From Acidimicrobiia bacterium (GTDB taxonomy: Bacteria > Actinomycetota > Acidimicrobiia > Spongiisociales > Spongiisociaceae): DNA of 47,297 nt. The DNA is taken from the NCBI GenBank assembly GCA_041576165.1, contig JBFGLM010000036.1, forward strand, positions 1-47,297. Direction: 5' to 3'. Below, piece after piece: positions 18,841 through 28,273 of the stretch (positions are counted from its first letter, which is position 1; every line of letters begins with the position of its first letter). A program made the translations under genes and the position numbers. Under the pieces are notes generated by a model that was not told the origin of the DNA, searched no databases, and was given only the letters and a program-made list of their open reading frames with translations.

Positions 18841-19524
18841 ATGAGCGCCCGGATCGAGGACCGTGCTTCGGGACTGCGCTTGATCCTGCTGGATCGTCCG
18901 GGGAAACGAAACGCAATTGACGGAGGACTGGTCAACACGATCCGGCAGGCGGTCGAGACGGCCACCGGAAACGCGATCGTGCTCGGGTCTACGAATCCCA
19001 CCGCGTTCTCGTCTGGGGCGGATCTCGGGCTGGAGGACGCCGACCGGGCTGCGGTCAGCGCTGCGCTGTATGAGTTGTACGCAGTGATGCGGGAAGCCCC
19101 GCAAGTGATAATCGCCGCCGCCAATGGCCATGCGGTAGGTGGGGGCGCGCAACTCCTGCTCGCCTCAGATCTCCGCTTCGCCGACCCGGGCGTCACGATT
19201 CGTTTCGTCGGTGCCGGGTATGGGTTGGTGGTCGGCGCGTGGGGTCTTCCGTCTCTGGTGGGCCGGGGACGCGCTCTCGATTTGTGCGTCTCGATGCGGC
19301 CGGTGAGCGCTGAAGAGGCGCTGGTCATCGGTCTGGTTGACCGACTCGTCGACGATCCGCTGGCGGCGGCAATCGAATACGGCGATCAACTCGAAGATCT
19401 GCCGCCCAGCTCGGTAGCTCATGCAAAACAGATCGTCGGAATCTCCGATCTGGATGCCGCGCTCCGGGCCGAGCAAAAACGCAACGCGGGCTGGGACGGC
19501 TCGATGACACCCGGGACGGGCTGA
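18841..19524 (+). CDS. Crotonase (enoyl-CoA hydratase/isomerase) family protein lacking both catalytic Glu
   Basis: RPGKRNAID, FSSGADL, NGHAVGGGAQLLLASDLR, AEEALVIGLVD. Confidence 0.85.
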   Translation: MSARIEDRASGLRLILLDRPGKRNAIDGGLVNTIRQAVETATGNAIVLGSTNPTAFSSGADLGLEDADRAAVSAALYELYAVMREAPQVIIAAANGHAVGGGAQLLLASDLRFADPGVTIRFVGAGYGLVVGAWGLPSLVGRGRALDLCVSMRPVSAEEALVIGLVDRLVDDPLAAAIEYGDQLEDLPPSSVAHAKQIVGISDLDAALRAEQKRNAGWDGSMTPGTG

Positions 19525-19525
19525 A

Positions 19526-21154
19526 GTGACCTCTCGCGGTTTCCGTGTCGATGACCACCGAATCCACCCGCCGTCGCTGGCCGCATGGGCCCTCCATTTC
19601 GGACGGCCGATCGCCGATCCGGCAAGTATGCGAGCCCGGCTCGGGGAGGGCGATCTGCCAACAGCCGTGGCAGAGGCCGCCGCCGCCCGGCCCGGCGCGC
19701 CGGCCCTTCGTATAGGCGAAACGTCTGTCACACATGGCTGGCTGGAGGATGCCGCGGGGAGAGCGGCCGGCGCCCTACAGCGGCTCGGCACGGGCCCGGA
19801 GCGGATCGTACTCCTCATGGCCGACCCGACGATCACAACAATCGTTGCCTACCTGGGCGCGCTGCGGAGCGGCGCAGCAGTCGTGCTCGGACACCCCGGA
19901 TCGACGCCGGATGAGCTGCGGCGGATGGCCGAGGCAGTACCGCCCCACGTGGCAATTGGTCGCGGGCCCGGCCTCCGGACGGCGATCGAGGCGGGTTTAC
20001 CCTCAGTCGACGACTTCGTCGGTCTTGGAGAAGACGACCGCTCCCACGCCTCGTTGGTGCTCGACGGATCAGATCACGACTATCTACCGGCCCGGCCGCT
20101 TGACCCGGACCAACCCGCCATTCTCGCCTTCACATCGGGCACGACCGGATCGCCCAAGTGTGCCCCTCTGTCGCACCGTAACCTGCTCGCGTCGATCCGA
20201 GCGGCGATGTGGGCGTGGCAATGGTCACCCCACGATCACCTGGTCCATTGTCTCCCAATCAGCCATCAGCACGGCCTCAGCGGCATCCACGCCACGCTCC
20301 TGTCCGGCAGCCGGGCCACCGTCCTCGTGAGTTTCGACGCCGACGCACTCCTGGCGACAGTGCAGGAGCGGAATGCGACCGTCATGTTCGCCGTGCCATC
20401 GATTCATGCCCGCTTATTGGAGGAGCTGGGATCCCGGGCGGCGGAGCTGAGCATCCTCCGCATCGCCACGTCTGGCTCCGCGCCGCTGCCCATCGAACTC
20501 GCCCGGCGAGTGCAGCAGGCCACCGGCCAACTCCCCCTGGAGCGATATGGTTCGACCGAGGCCGGGCTCAACGTATCGAATCCCTTGCACGGTCGGCGCG
20601 TCCCGGGAGCGGTGGGCCTGGCCCTCCCCGGTGTCGAGGTGTGCGTGGCCTCCAGCGAGGCCGACGTGCTTCCGCCAGGCGAGCCAGGCGAGATTCTGGT
20701 CCGGGGACCACAAGTGTTTTCCGGGTACCGCGGCGTTCCGAGCGAGAACGACTTCACGCTGGATTGGTTCCGTACGGGCGACCTGGGTGTCGTCGATCCC
20801 GAAACTGGGTACCTGTACCTCGTCGGGCGCAGCAAAGACGTCATCATCACCGGCGGGATGAACGTCTACCCCCGCGAGGTCGAGGATGCCATCCGGTCTG
20901 CTGGGATCACCGACGTCGCAGTGGTCGGAGTCCCGTCGGAGCGATGGGGCGAGGAGGTGATCGCGGTCGTGGCGCCGGCCGGCCTAGAAACCGAGCCGAT
21001 CGCAGCGGCCGCGGCTGCCGTCCTGGCACCCTACAAGCGACCCAAACGGATCGTCGCCGTTCCAATGATTCCTCGCTCCGAGACCGGCAAGGTGGACACG
21101 ACCGCAGTGGCAAAACTCGTTTCGTCCTCGAGGCGTCTCCGGGGCGGCATATGA
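19526..21154 (+). CDS. Acyl-CoA synthetase (AMP-forming), malonyl-CoA synthetase (MatB)-like
   Basis: FTSGTTGSPK, LPISHQHGL, SGSAPL, LERYGSTE, WFRTGDLG, GRSKDVIITGGMNVYP, GKV. Confidence 0.85.
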   Translation: MTSRGFRVDDHRIHPPSLAAWALHFGRPIADPASMRARLGEGDLPTAVAEAAAARPGAPALRIGETSVTHGWLEDAAGRAAGALQRLGTGPERIVLLMADPTITTIVAYLGALRSGAAVVLGHPGSTPDELRRMAEAVPPHVAIGRGPGLRTAIEAGLPSVDDFVGLGEDDRSHASLVLDGSDHDYLPARPLDPDQPAILAFTSGTTGSPKCAPLSHRNLLASIRAAMWAWQWSPHDHLVHCLPISHQHGLSGIHATLLSGSRATVLVSFDADALLATVQERNATVMFAVPSIHARLLEELGSRAAELSILRIATSGSAPLPIELARRVQQATGQLPLERYGSTEAGLNVSNPLHGRRVPGAVGLALPGVEVCVASSEADVLPPGEPGEILVRGPQVFSGYRGVPSENDFTLDWFRTGDLGVVDPETGYLYLVGRSKDVIITGGMNVYPREVEDAIRSAGITDVAVVGVPSERWGEEVIAVVAPAGLETEPIAAAAAAVLAPYKRPKRIVAVPMIPRSETGKVDTTAVAKLVSSSRRLRGGI

Positions 21155-21180
21155 TTCCAGTCCGGTGACTGGAGGTCGCG

Positions 21181-21978
21181 ATGCACCTGAATCTCGAGGG
21201 CAGGAACGTGCTGATCACGGGCGGCAGCATGGGAATCGGCAGGGCGTGTGCCCAGCTGTTCGCCGCAGAAGGGGCCAACCTGGCTCTAACCGCCCGAACG
21301 CAATCAACCCTGGACGAGACCGTGAAGGCCATCGCCGGCGAACACGATGTCACGGTTCTGGGGTTCCCGGGCGACATGACCGTTCCCGAGGACGTGGCAC
21401 GGGTGGTGGCCGACGCCATCGACGGCTTGGGCGGGATCGACGTGCTGGTGACCTGTGCCGGTAGTTCCCCGGGTGGCCTCATCGAAAACCTGACGGAAGA
21501 GGAGTGGTACTCCTCGCTCAATCTGAAGTTCATGGGCTACGTCAGGGCGATGAAGGCCGTTCTGCCCCACATGCGGGAACAGGGCTCGGGATCGATCGTG
21601 CTCGTTATCGGAAATGACGGGGTCAAAACGTCCTATTGGGAGACGACCGCAGGCGCGGCGAACGCGGCCGGTATCAACGTGGCCTCGTCGATGGCGGAGC
21701 AGTACGGAAGGCACGGGATCCGGGTGAACACGGTGAACCCCGGCCCGGTCAACACCCAGCGCTGGGACGGCCTCGAAAAGGCGATGGCCCGCGATATGAA
21801 GATCACTCAGCAGCAGGCCCGCGAGTTCGCCGTTGCCAGTATCCCGTTGGGTCGGATAGCGGAACCGGAGGAGGTGGCAGACCTCGTCGTCTTCTTGGCC
21901 AGCGATCGGGCCAGCTTCATGAACGGCGCTCACATCGTCATCGACGGGGGCCAGCGCAAGGCGTTGATGGACCGCTGA
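21181..21978 (+). CDS. SDR-family oxidoreductase (atypical active site)
   Basis: TGGSMGIG, VNPGP, IPLGR, DGG. The YxxxK region reads TAGAANAA. Confidence 0.88.
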   Translation: MHLNLEGRNVLITGGSMGIGRACAQLFAAEGANLALTARTQSTLDETVKAIAGEHDVTVLGFPGDMTVPEDVARVVADAIDGLGGIDVLVTCAGSSPGGLIENLTEEEWYSSLNLKFMGYVRAMKAVLPHMREQGSGSIVLVIGNDGVKTSYWETTAGAANAAGINVASSMAEQYGRHGIRVNTVNPGPVNTQRWDGLEKAMARDMKITQQQAREFAVASIPLGRIAEPEEVADLVVFLASDRASFMNGAHIVIDGGQRKALMDR

Positions 21979-22004
21979 CCGGCACGGGTACCTACCATCC
22001 GCCT

Positions 22005-23213
22005 ATGCGCTTCGATGTCGCTGTCGTCGGCTTGGGATTGATCGGAGCAGCTGCGCTCAGACACCTGGCGGCCGGCGGGGTATCCGCCATCGGGATCGGT
22101 CCCGCAGAACCGGATGACTGGGCCGCCAGTGCCACACCGTTCGCCAGTCACTACGACTCCGGGCGGATTACCCGTAGGCTCGACGCTCGTTACGAGTGGG
22201 CGGTCCTGGCGTCGCGCTCGATCGATCAGTACCCGGTACTCGAGCGCGAGTCCGGCATCACGTTCCACCATCCGGTGGGCCTCCTCTTCGTCCGCAACGA
22301 CCACTCCGGCATCGCCAACCAGCGCCAGGTCATCGAGCAACTGGGCCTCCCAGTCGGAGTCGCTACCACCGACAGCGGCCGGGCCCGGTTCCCGTGGTTC
22401 GAATTTCCCGGCGGATGGACTCTGCTCCATGAGCCGGGGCCGGCGGGGTACATCGATCCCCGACTGATGCTCCGGGCGCAACTCAGCGTCGCCAGCCAGC
22501 AGGGTGCCGACATCCGCCGCGCGGTCGCGAGTTCACTCGAGCGATATGAGAACGGCTATCGAGTGCACTGCATGAATGACGAACCGGTTGAGGCCGAACG
22601 AGTCCTCCTTGCGACGGGTCCCTATCTGGACAGCCTGCTGCCGCGGCCGCTTGCGGCCACCGTTGTTCCGGAGGCGATCATCCTCGCCGAGGTGGCCCCG
22701 GCCGAAGCCGAACGGCTGGCGGTGATGCCGTCCGTCATCTACCTACTCGACCACGCAGAATTCAACGACGTCTATCTGGTGCCGCCCACTCGCTACCCCG
22801 ACGGCCGCCTCTACCTGAAGATGGGCGGCTCATGCCGGGCGGCACGTCCGCTGCGCCACGATGATGAGAAGCGGGCGTGGATGTCGGGGGCGGGAGCCGA
22901 CCGATACCTGGGCGCCATGCGGGAAATCTTGATTGCCCTCTTGCCGGACGTTCGGTTCGAGGGGTTCAGCATGAAGCCGTGCATGATCACCGACACGGCC
23001 CATGGGTTGCCGTTCATCGACGCCGTCGACGACGGCCTGTTCGTGGCTGCCGGAGGGAATGGTCATGCTGCCAAGAGCGCCGATGCGATCGGTGCGCTGG
23101 GCGCCGAGATGGCAGCCACCGGTCGCTGGCCCGATCCAGACCTCGACCCTGCAGCGTTCACTTTGGTGACGGGTGAACGCGTCCCACAGGCGGGTAGCCG
23201 CCACGGGAACTGA
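22005..23213 (+). CDS. FAD-dependent oxidoreductase (monomeric sarcosine oxidase-like)
   Basis: GLGLIG, SHYDSGRITR, AGYIDP, GGNGHAAKSADAIG. TACCAT box 6 nt before ATG. Confidence 0.85.
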   Translation: MRFDVAVVGLGLIGAAALRHLAAGGVSAIGIGPAEPDDWAASATPFASHYDSGRITRRLDARYEWAVLASRSIDQYPVLERESGITFHHPVGLLFVRNDHSGIANQRQVIEQLGLPVGVATTDSGRARFPWFEFPGGWTLLHEPGPAGYIDPRLMLRAQLSVASQQGADIRRAVASSLERYENGYRVHCMNDEPVEAERVLLATGPYLDSLLPRPLAATVVPEAIILAEVAPAEAERLAVMPSVIYLLDHAEFNDVYLVPPTRYPDGRLYLKMGGSCRAARPLRHDDEKRAWMSGAGADRYLGAMREILIALLPDVRFEGFSMKPCMITDTAHGLPFIDAVDDGLFVAAGGNGHAAKSADAIGALGAEMAATGRWPDPDLDPAAFTLVTGERVPQAGSRHGN

Positions 23214-23236
23214 GAGTCGGGATTGTGTGAGGCTGC

Positions 23237-23542
23237 TCAGCCAAAGGCCCCGTACTGGCCGACAACCGCCTGCGTCACGGCATCGGGCGGGATCTCGCAC
23301 CGCTCGGCGATGTTCTCCGTGAATGCCTGGAAGGCGGCTGTCTGCCCGAGACTGGCCCGTGCTTCTGCGGAGTCAAACACGGCGACATGCGTGAAGCTCA
23401 CGCCGTCTTCAGCCTGAAACGTGGCGTAGCGCACCCCGCTGGGCGATGCCGCTGCCAACTCAGCGAACACGGCTTTCACGAACTCAACGTTCTCCTCGAT
23501 CCGGTCGTCTTGTAGCCGGTACCTGACAATCGTCGCCTGCAT
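23237..23542 (-). CDS. Conserved hypothetical protein (ABM-like dimeric alpha+beta barrel)
   Basis: VRY...EN...VKAVFAEL...GVRYATF..DGVSFTH...AFQAF pattern. AAGGGA upstream. Confidence 0.65.
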   Translation of the reverse strand: MQATIVRYRLQDDRIEENVEFVKAVFAELAAASPSGVRYATFQAEDGVSFTHVAVFDSAEARASLGQTAAFQAFTENIAERCEIPPDAVTQAVVGQYGAFG

Positions 23543-23570
23543 TCCCTTCTCCTCTCGCGCGGCGGCCTGG

Positions 23571-24038
23571 TCAGCTGATTATCACGGGCATGCCTGTCTC
23601 GACCCATCCGGTGACCATGACCCGGGCATACCAACGACTCCAACCCGGGTGCTGGTCCTCCGACATTCTCCGGAAGTCTCGACCGATGAACCACCCTGCA
23701 TTCTTGCTGCACGGCGCCGCCGGCCATGTCGCCTCGGCCTCGACAGTGTCGCCGATGCAGAACGTTGTACCTGGACCGATCGAACTCCATTCGAAGCCGG
23801 CGATCGTCAAGTTTTCGCCAGTGGCGCCCGGATAGATCGGATGTCCTTCGGCACGGAGGGCTTCGATCAGTTCGAACGAGTAGAGGCACAGCGCCTGGTC
23901 GCGGCTGCCGTGATGTGTGCGGTCGGCCTGACGATCCCCGACCACGCCACGCGGTCCGACCTCGGCACTCGGTACCGGCGTCTTGGGTACGCCTCCATCC
24001 GATATGTTGATCTGGTGGAGCAAGCCAGTGCGTGACAT
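23571..24038 (-). CDS. MOSC domain protein (YiiM-like)
   Basis: GGVPK, GDRQ...HHG...ALCLY, GENLTI, PCSK, RWYARV. Confidence 0.88.
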   Translation of the reverse strand: MSRTGLLHQINISDGGVPKTPVPSAEVGPRGVVGDRQADRTHHGSRDQALCLYSFELIEALRAEGHPIYPGATGENLTIAGFEWSSIGPGTTFCIGDTVEAEATWPAAPCSKNAGWFIGRDFRRMSEDQHPGWSRWYARVMVTGWVETGMPVIIS

Positions 24039-24099
24039 TGGAGACGAGCGTACCCGGCCGGGCCGGTCCGACATCGGTACGAGGCCCGAGCGGGCTCAC

Positions 24100-24534
24100 A
24101 TGGGCGTTCCCGCCCGCCGGACTCGATCCCTGCGCGTCTGCTGCGCGCTGGTCATCGCAGTGGCCGCTTGCGTTCGGCCCGCACCGGTCGACGTGGTCGA
24201 TGCGTACCAGCAGGCGTTCGCAAGCAACGACCTCGAAACCCTCGTGGCCCTGTTCACACCATTCACCGTTGTGAGCGGTCACCCGCTGGACGGAGGTGAC
24301 GTCAGCGGGCTCGAAGCGATCCGGCTCCTGGAAGAACAGGCGCTCGCCTGGGCGCGGCCCGATGACCCACTTCGGTTCGACGACGTCCGCGTCTCCGGGG
24401 ATTCCGTGACCTTCGACCAAGTCATCTACGGAGCAGACGGCGGCTGCATCAGCGGCCGCCAGAACCGGATAGTCGTGGATACAGGGAAGATCCTTCGGTG
24501 GGAATGGGGCAGCGAGCAGATGTCCTGCGGATGA
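24100..24534 (+). CDS. Secreted/lipoprotein with NTF2/SnoaL-like fold
   Basis: Signal-like VIAVAAC, then VVDAYQQAFASNDLETLVALFT...GLEAIR...GKILRW. Confidence 0.6.
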   Translation: MGVPARRTRSLRVCCALVIAVAACVRPAPVDVVDAYQQAFASNDLETLVALFTPFTVVSGHPLDGGDVSGLEAIRLLEEQALAWARPDDPLRFDDVRVSGDSVTFDQVIYGADGGCISGRQNRIVVDTGKILRWEWGSEQMSCG

Positions 24535-24548
24535 GATGCTCGATGCGG

Positions 24549-25442
24549 CTAGCCGGCCGCTGCCGGCAGATGCTCACGCAGGTGGGCGATGTGGTCGGGT
24601 CCGATGCCGCAGCAGCCGCCGACCACCTGCACACCACGCTCGACCCAGCCAAGACACCGCTCCGTGTAATCGGCCGGAGGAAGCGTGCCGTCGTAAATCC
24701 ACTGCACGCCCTCGATCCGGCCCATATGGGCGTACACGCCAACCGGACCATCCCAGTGCTCCGCGACAACGTCCAGGCACCTGTCGATGTCGGCGACCTC
24801 GCTGTGCATGATCGCCACCAGTTCTATGGGCTGGCCGGCGACCGCGCGCAGCGCATCCGACAGGCGATCGTTCAAGTTGTACAGCCAGGGCTCTCCGTCC
24901 CGCATCTTGCACGAATAGCCGGCCCAGACGGGCAGACCCGTCGCGTAGACCGCGTCAAGCGCCAGTTGTGTTTGAGTGATGTCGCGCAGCATCTCCAGAG
25001 CGATCAAGTCGGCCCCGGCGTCGGCCTGGATCCTCGCCTGATGGAGAAAGTTCTGGCGGCCCACGTCAACTGGAGGGAACTCGCCGTCCATCTCCGTGGT
25101 CGAAATGGACCCCGCTACGGTTACCTCCCCGCCAATTGCATTCCGGGCGGCGCGCGCCAGGTCGACACCCACTCGGTTGAGGTACTCGAAGTCACCACCA
25201 AGCTCAGCCCCTTCGAGCACATGGAGAGAACACGCATATGTATTGGCGATGATCACCTCGGCGCCAATGCGGATGTAGTCCTCGTGGACCTCCTGGATGA
25301 CGTGGGGGTGGGTCAGCGCAGCTGCTCCCGACCACACCTTGTCCGCCATCGGCACCCCCCGTCGCTCGATCTCGGTCCCGGTGGCGCCATCGATGAGAAT
25401 GACGTCGCCTCGGGCCAGCCGGTCGGAGAGGTTGGTTGCCAT
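24549..25442 (-). CDS. Homocysteine S-methyltransferase family protein
   Basis: IDGATGTE, HEDYIRIGAEVIIANTY, AGSIS, GADLIALEM, GGCCGIGPDHI. TAGGTT box 7 nt before ATG. Confidence 0.88.
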   Translation of the reverse strand: MATNLSDRLARGDVILIDGATGTEIERRGVPMADKVWSGAAALTHPHVIQEVHEDYIRIGAEVIIANTYACSLHVLEGAELGGDFEYLNRVGVDLARAARNAIGGEVTVAGSISTTEMDGEFPPVDVGRQNFLHQARIQADAGADLIALEMLRDITQTQLALDAVYATGLPVWAGYSCKMRDGEPWLYNLNDRLSDALRAVAGQPIELVAIMHSEVADIDRCLDVVAEHWDGPVGVYAHMGRIEGVQWIYDGTLPPADYTERCLGWVERGVQVVGGCCGIGPDHIAHLREHLPAAAG

Positions 25443-25532
25443 TGGATACAACCTAATTGCGCGAAAGGTCCGCTGACGCAGGGACCTTCATACGCCCCGC
25501 CTGTCATGCTGCAGCCCGGCCTAGCCGCGCAG

Positions 25533-26699
25533 TCAGCACATAGAACGCTGCCACGGTGGGAGCGTGACGAGCGCAATGGCACTCCCGACAGACAGGCTCG
25601 TACCGGCCAGCAGCCCAACCACTAGCGGAACGGCCAAACTAGCGGCGCGCAACCCGGCCGTGAGTGCACCCAGACCTGCACCAGGCCGGCCCGGCGATTT
25701 GGCCGCCTTGTCGTAGAGCCCGGGTAGCACGGTGGCGACTCCCAGGCCCGCACCCGCAAAGCCAACGAGTACAAGGGTCTGGTTGGGGGAAAGCGTGGCC
25801 GTCGCCAGCCCGACCCCCGTGAGCGCCGTGGCTCCGGTCATGAGCCGGGCCGGGCCGGCTCGATATGCGATCGAATCGCCGGCAAGGCGGCCCACCGTCA
25901 TACCCGCGGTTACGGCGACATAGCCCAGGGCCGCGACCCCGGCCGAGGCTGCAAAGTCGTCCCCAATGCGGAACGCAGCCCAGTCAATGGCGGTCGACTC
26001 CAGAGTGAAAGCAAACAACCCCGCGAAGAAGAATGCGAACAACAGCCATTTCGTCCGGCTGCTCCCCGAGGCGACGGTCGACGTGTTGGCGGAGGGCAGG
26101 TCGGACCCCAGCAACCCGTTGGCGACCAAGCCGAGGGCTGCGAACAGCACCAGTGCCGCTCCGAAGATGTGAACCGACAACGAAACGCCGGCCGCTGCCA
26201 TTCGGGCGGCCGCGAGGCCGCCCACGACCGAGCCCAGGCTCCAGAGCCCGTGCAACCGGTTCATCACAGGGCGGGTCCGGCGAGCGCTCAGCCACGAGCC
26301 CTGCAGATTCATTCCTACGTCCACGAATACATCGAAGGTCAACATGCCGGCGAGCCCGATCAGGAGTAGAGGGCTAGTGGTGGCAAGACCGATCACCGCC
26401 AAAGCGAACGAGACCAGGGTTCCCGCCGCCAGGATCACCGTCCGGCTGCCGAACCGTTCGATTGCGGGTCCAACGACCAGGCTGCCCAAGATGCTGATAG
26501 AGGCGGCAATCGACATCATCAGCCCGACTCCGGCCACTGTGACGCCCACGCGATCACGGATCTCCGGCAGACGAGGAATGAATGAGGCGAACAATGCGCC
26601 GTTGATGAAGAACTGCGCAGCAACTGCCGCCAGCGCCCGACGGTCTCGTGTGGCCCATTCGCCGGCCTCGAGTCGGTCGCCGGACCCAGACAGCGTCAT
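25533..26699 (-). CDS. MFS transporter (probable 1-nt frameshift near the C-terminus; alternative end 25504)
   Basis: PRLPEIR, ERFGSR, DVGMNLQG, MNRLHGLWSLG, GRLAGD and multiple TM segments. Confidence 0.85.
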   Translation of the reverse strand: MTLSGSGDRLEAGEWATRDRRALAAVAAQFFINGALFASFIPRLPEIRDRVGVTVAGVGLMMSIAASISILGSLVVGPAIERFGSRTVILAAGTLVSFALAVIGLATTSPLLLIGLAGMLTFDVFVDVGMNLQGSWLSARRTRPVMNRLHGLWSLGSVVGGLAAARMAAAGVSLSVHIFGAALVLFAALGLVANGLLGSDLPSANTSTVASGSSRTKWLLFAFFFAGLFAFTLESTAIDWAAFRIGDDFAASAGVAALGYVAVTAGMTVGRLAGDSIAYRAGPARLMTGATALTGVGLATATLSPNQTLVLVGFAGAGLGVATVLPGLYDKAAKSPGRPGAGLGALTAGLRAASLAVPLVVGLLAGTSLSVGSAIALVTLPPWQRSMC

Positions 26700-26843
26700 A
26701 CCCCTTCGTTGTTCCTCAGCTGCCCGGCCCACTGCAAGGCAGGGCGCCACTGGCGGACCGGTCACTCCTGCGTCGTCGGTTACCTGCTCCTGTCGAGCAT
26801 GCGTCGCCGCAGCAACAGGCATCGCACCCTGCCGGTTCGGGCG

Positions 26844-27548
26844 TCACAGGCCCAGATATGCCTTCCGGAGGCGCTCATCGGCAAGAAGCTCTCCTGATGA
26901 AGCGTCGCCCACGATCTTGCCCTCCTCGAGCACGTAGCCGCGCGACGCGAGATCGAGGGCTTCCACAGCGTTCTGCTCGACCAGCAGGATGGAGAGGCCC
27001 TGTTCGTTGAGTTGGCGCAGGATCGCGAAGATGTTCTCGACAATGATCGGTGCCAGCCCCAGCGACGGCTCGTCGAGCAAGAGCAGGGTGGGACTGGACA
27101 TCAGGGCCCTGCCGATTGCGAGCATCTGCTGTTCTCCGCCGGACAGCGACCCGGCGAGTTGTCGTCGACGCTCCGCCAAGCGCGGAAAGATGTCAAACAC
27201 ACGCTGCAAGTTGTCATTTCGGTCCGGCCGCGCCCTGCGGTTGTACGCGCCGACGTCGAGATTGTCGGCGACGTTCATTTCCGGAAAGATCCTCCGACCC
27301 TCGGGCACGATCGCCACGCCTTGTGCGCTGATCTGATGTGGTTTGATCTGCGCAAGATCGCGCCCATCGAGTGTGATCCGCCCCGACCAGGGGGGAGCAA
27401 TCCCGGAGATGGCATTGACCAGGGTGGTTTTGCCGGCGCCGTTGGGTCCCAGCAGCGTGACGATCTCACCGTCGCCGACCGACAGCGAGACATCCCAGAG
27501 AACTTGCGCGTGTCCATAGCCGGAGGCGAGGTCGGCGACCTGCAACAT
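26844..27548 (-). CDS. livF: Branched-chain amino acid-type ABC transporter ATPase
   Basis: GPNGAGKT, VPEGRRIF, LSGGEQQM, LDEPSLGLAP, LVEQN. Confidence 0.92.
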   Translation of the reverse strand: MLQVADLASGYGHAQVLWDVSLSVGDGEIVTLLGPNGAGKTTLVNAISGIAPPWSGRITLDGRDLAQIKPHQISAQGVAIVPEGRRIFPEMNVADNLDVGAYNRRARPDRNDNLQRVFDIFPRLAERRRQLAGSLSGGEQQMLAIGRALMSSPTLLLLDEPSLGLAPIIVENIFAILRQLNEQGLSILLVEQNAVEALDLASRGYVLEEGKIVGDASSGELLADERLRKAYLGL

Positions 27549-28273
27549 CAGATCCGCTTTCCCCCTAGATAGGCGCTGATCACCGCTTGGTCGGTCATCA
27601 CCGTCGACGGGTCACCCTCAGCGATGACCTGCCCCTGATCCAGCACGATGATGCGGTCAGACAGGCTCATGACGGCTCGCAGCACGTGTTCAACGATCAC
27701 GATGGTTATGCCCTGGCTGTGGATGCGACGAATCATGTTCACGGATCCCTCGATCTCGGAGGGGTTGAGGCCGGCGAGCACCTCATCGAGGAGCAACAGC
27801 TTTGGCTCGGTGGCGAGTGCCCGGGCCAGCTCCAGGAATTTGAGCTGCTGCAGGTTGAGCTGATCAACCCGGTGATCCGCCACTGCGGCAAGACCCGTGA
27901 ACGCGAGCCATTCCTGGGCGGCCCGGCGAGCAGACGCAAGAGAGTGCTTCTCCTGGCCGAACATATAGCTGACGGCGACGTTCTCGCGGGGTGTCATGGT
28001 GCCGAAGGGCCGCGGGATCTGGAACGTGCGGGCAATCCCGCGAGCGGCGACCTCGTGGGCGTCCAATGTCAGCAGGTTCACGCCGTCAAAGTCCACTCGA
28101 CCGCGGTCCGCCGGATAGAAGCCGCTCAGGACGTTGATCAGCGTCGACTTCCCAGATCCGTTGGGGCCGACCAGGCCCAGGATCTCTCCGGCGTCAACCC
28201 GCATGGCCACTTCATCAAGGGCCTGTACCCCGCCAAAAGCCTTACACACACCAGTACAGCCGATCAGGCTCAT
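27548..28273 (-). CDS. livG: Branched-chain amino acid-type ABC transporter ATPase
   Basis: FGGVQAL, GPNGSGKST, GIARTFQ, LLDEVLAGL, IVEH, AYLG. ATG 28273 overlaps the upstream stop. Confidence 0.9.
   Translation of the reverse strand: MSLIGCTGVCKAFGGVQALDEVAMRVDAGEILGLVGPNGSGKSTLINVLSGFYPADRGRVDFDGVNLLTLDAHEVAARGIARTFQIPRPFGTMTPRENVAVSYMFGQEKHSLASARRAAQEWLAFTGLAAVADHRVDQLNLQQLKFLELARALATEPKLLLLDEVLAGLNPSEIEGSVNMIRRIHSQGITIVIVEHVLRAVMSLSDRIIVLDQGQVIAEGDPSTVMTDQAVISAYLGGKRI

Noticed and set aside
25533-25538. Cys-UGA at the end of the MFS ORF as a second Cys-Sec motif
   Set aside because: It lies in what looks like the wrong frame after a 1-nt deletion, and I see no SECIS-like hairpin.
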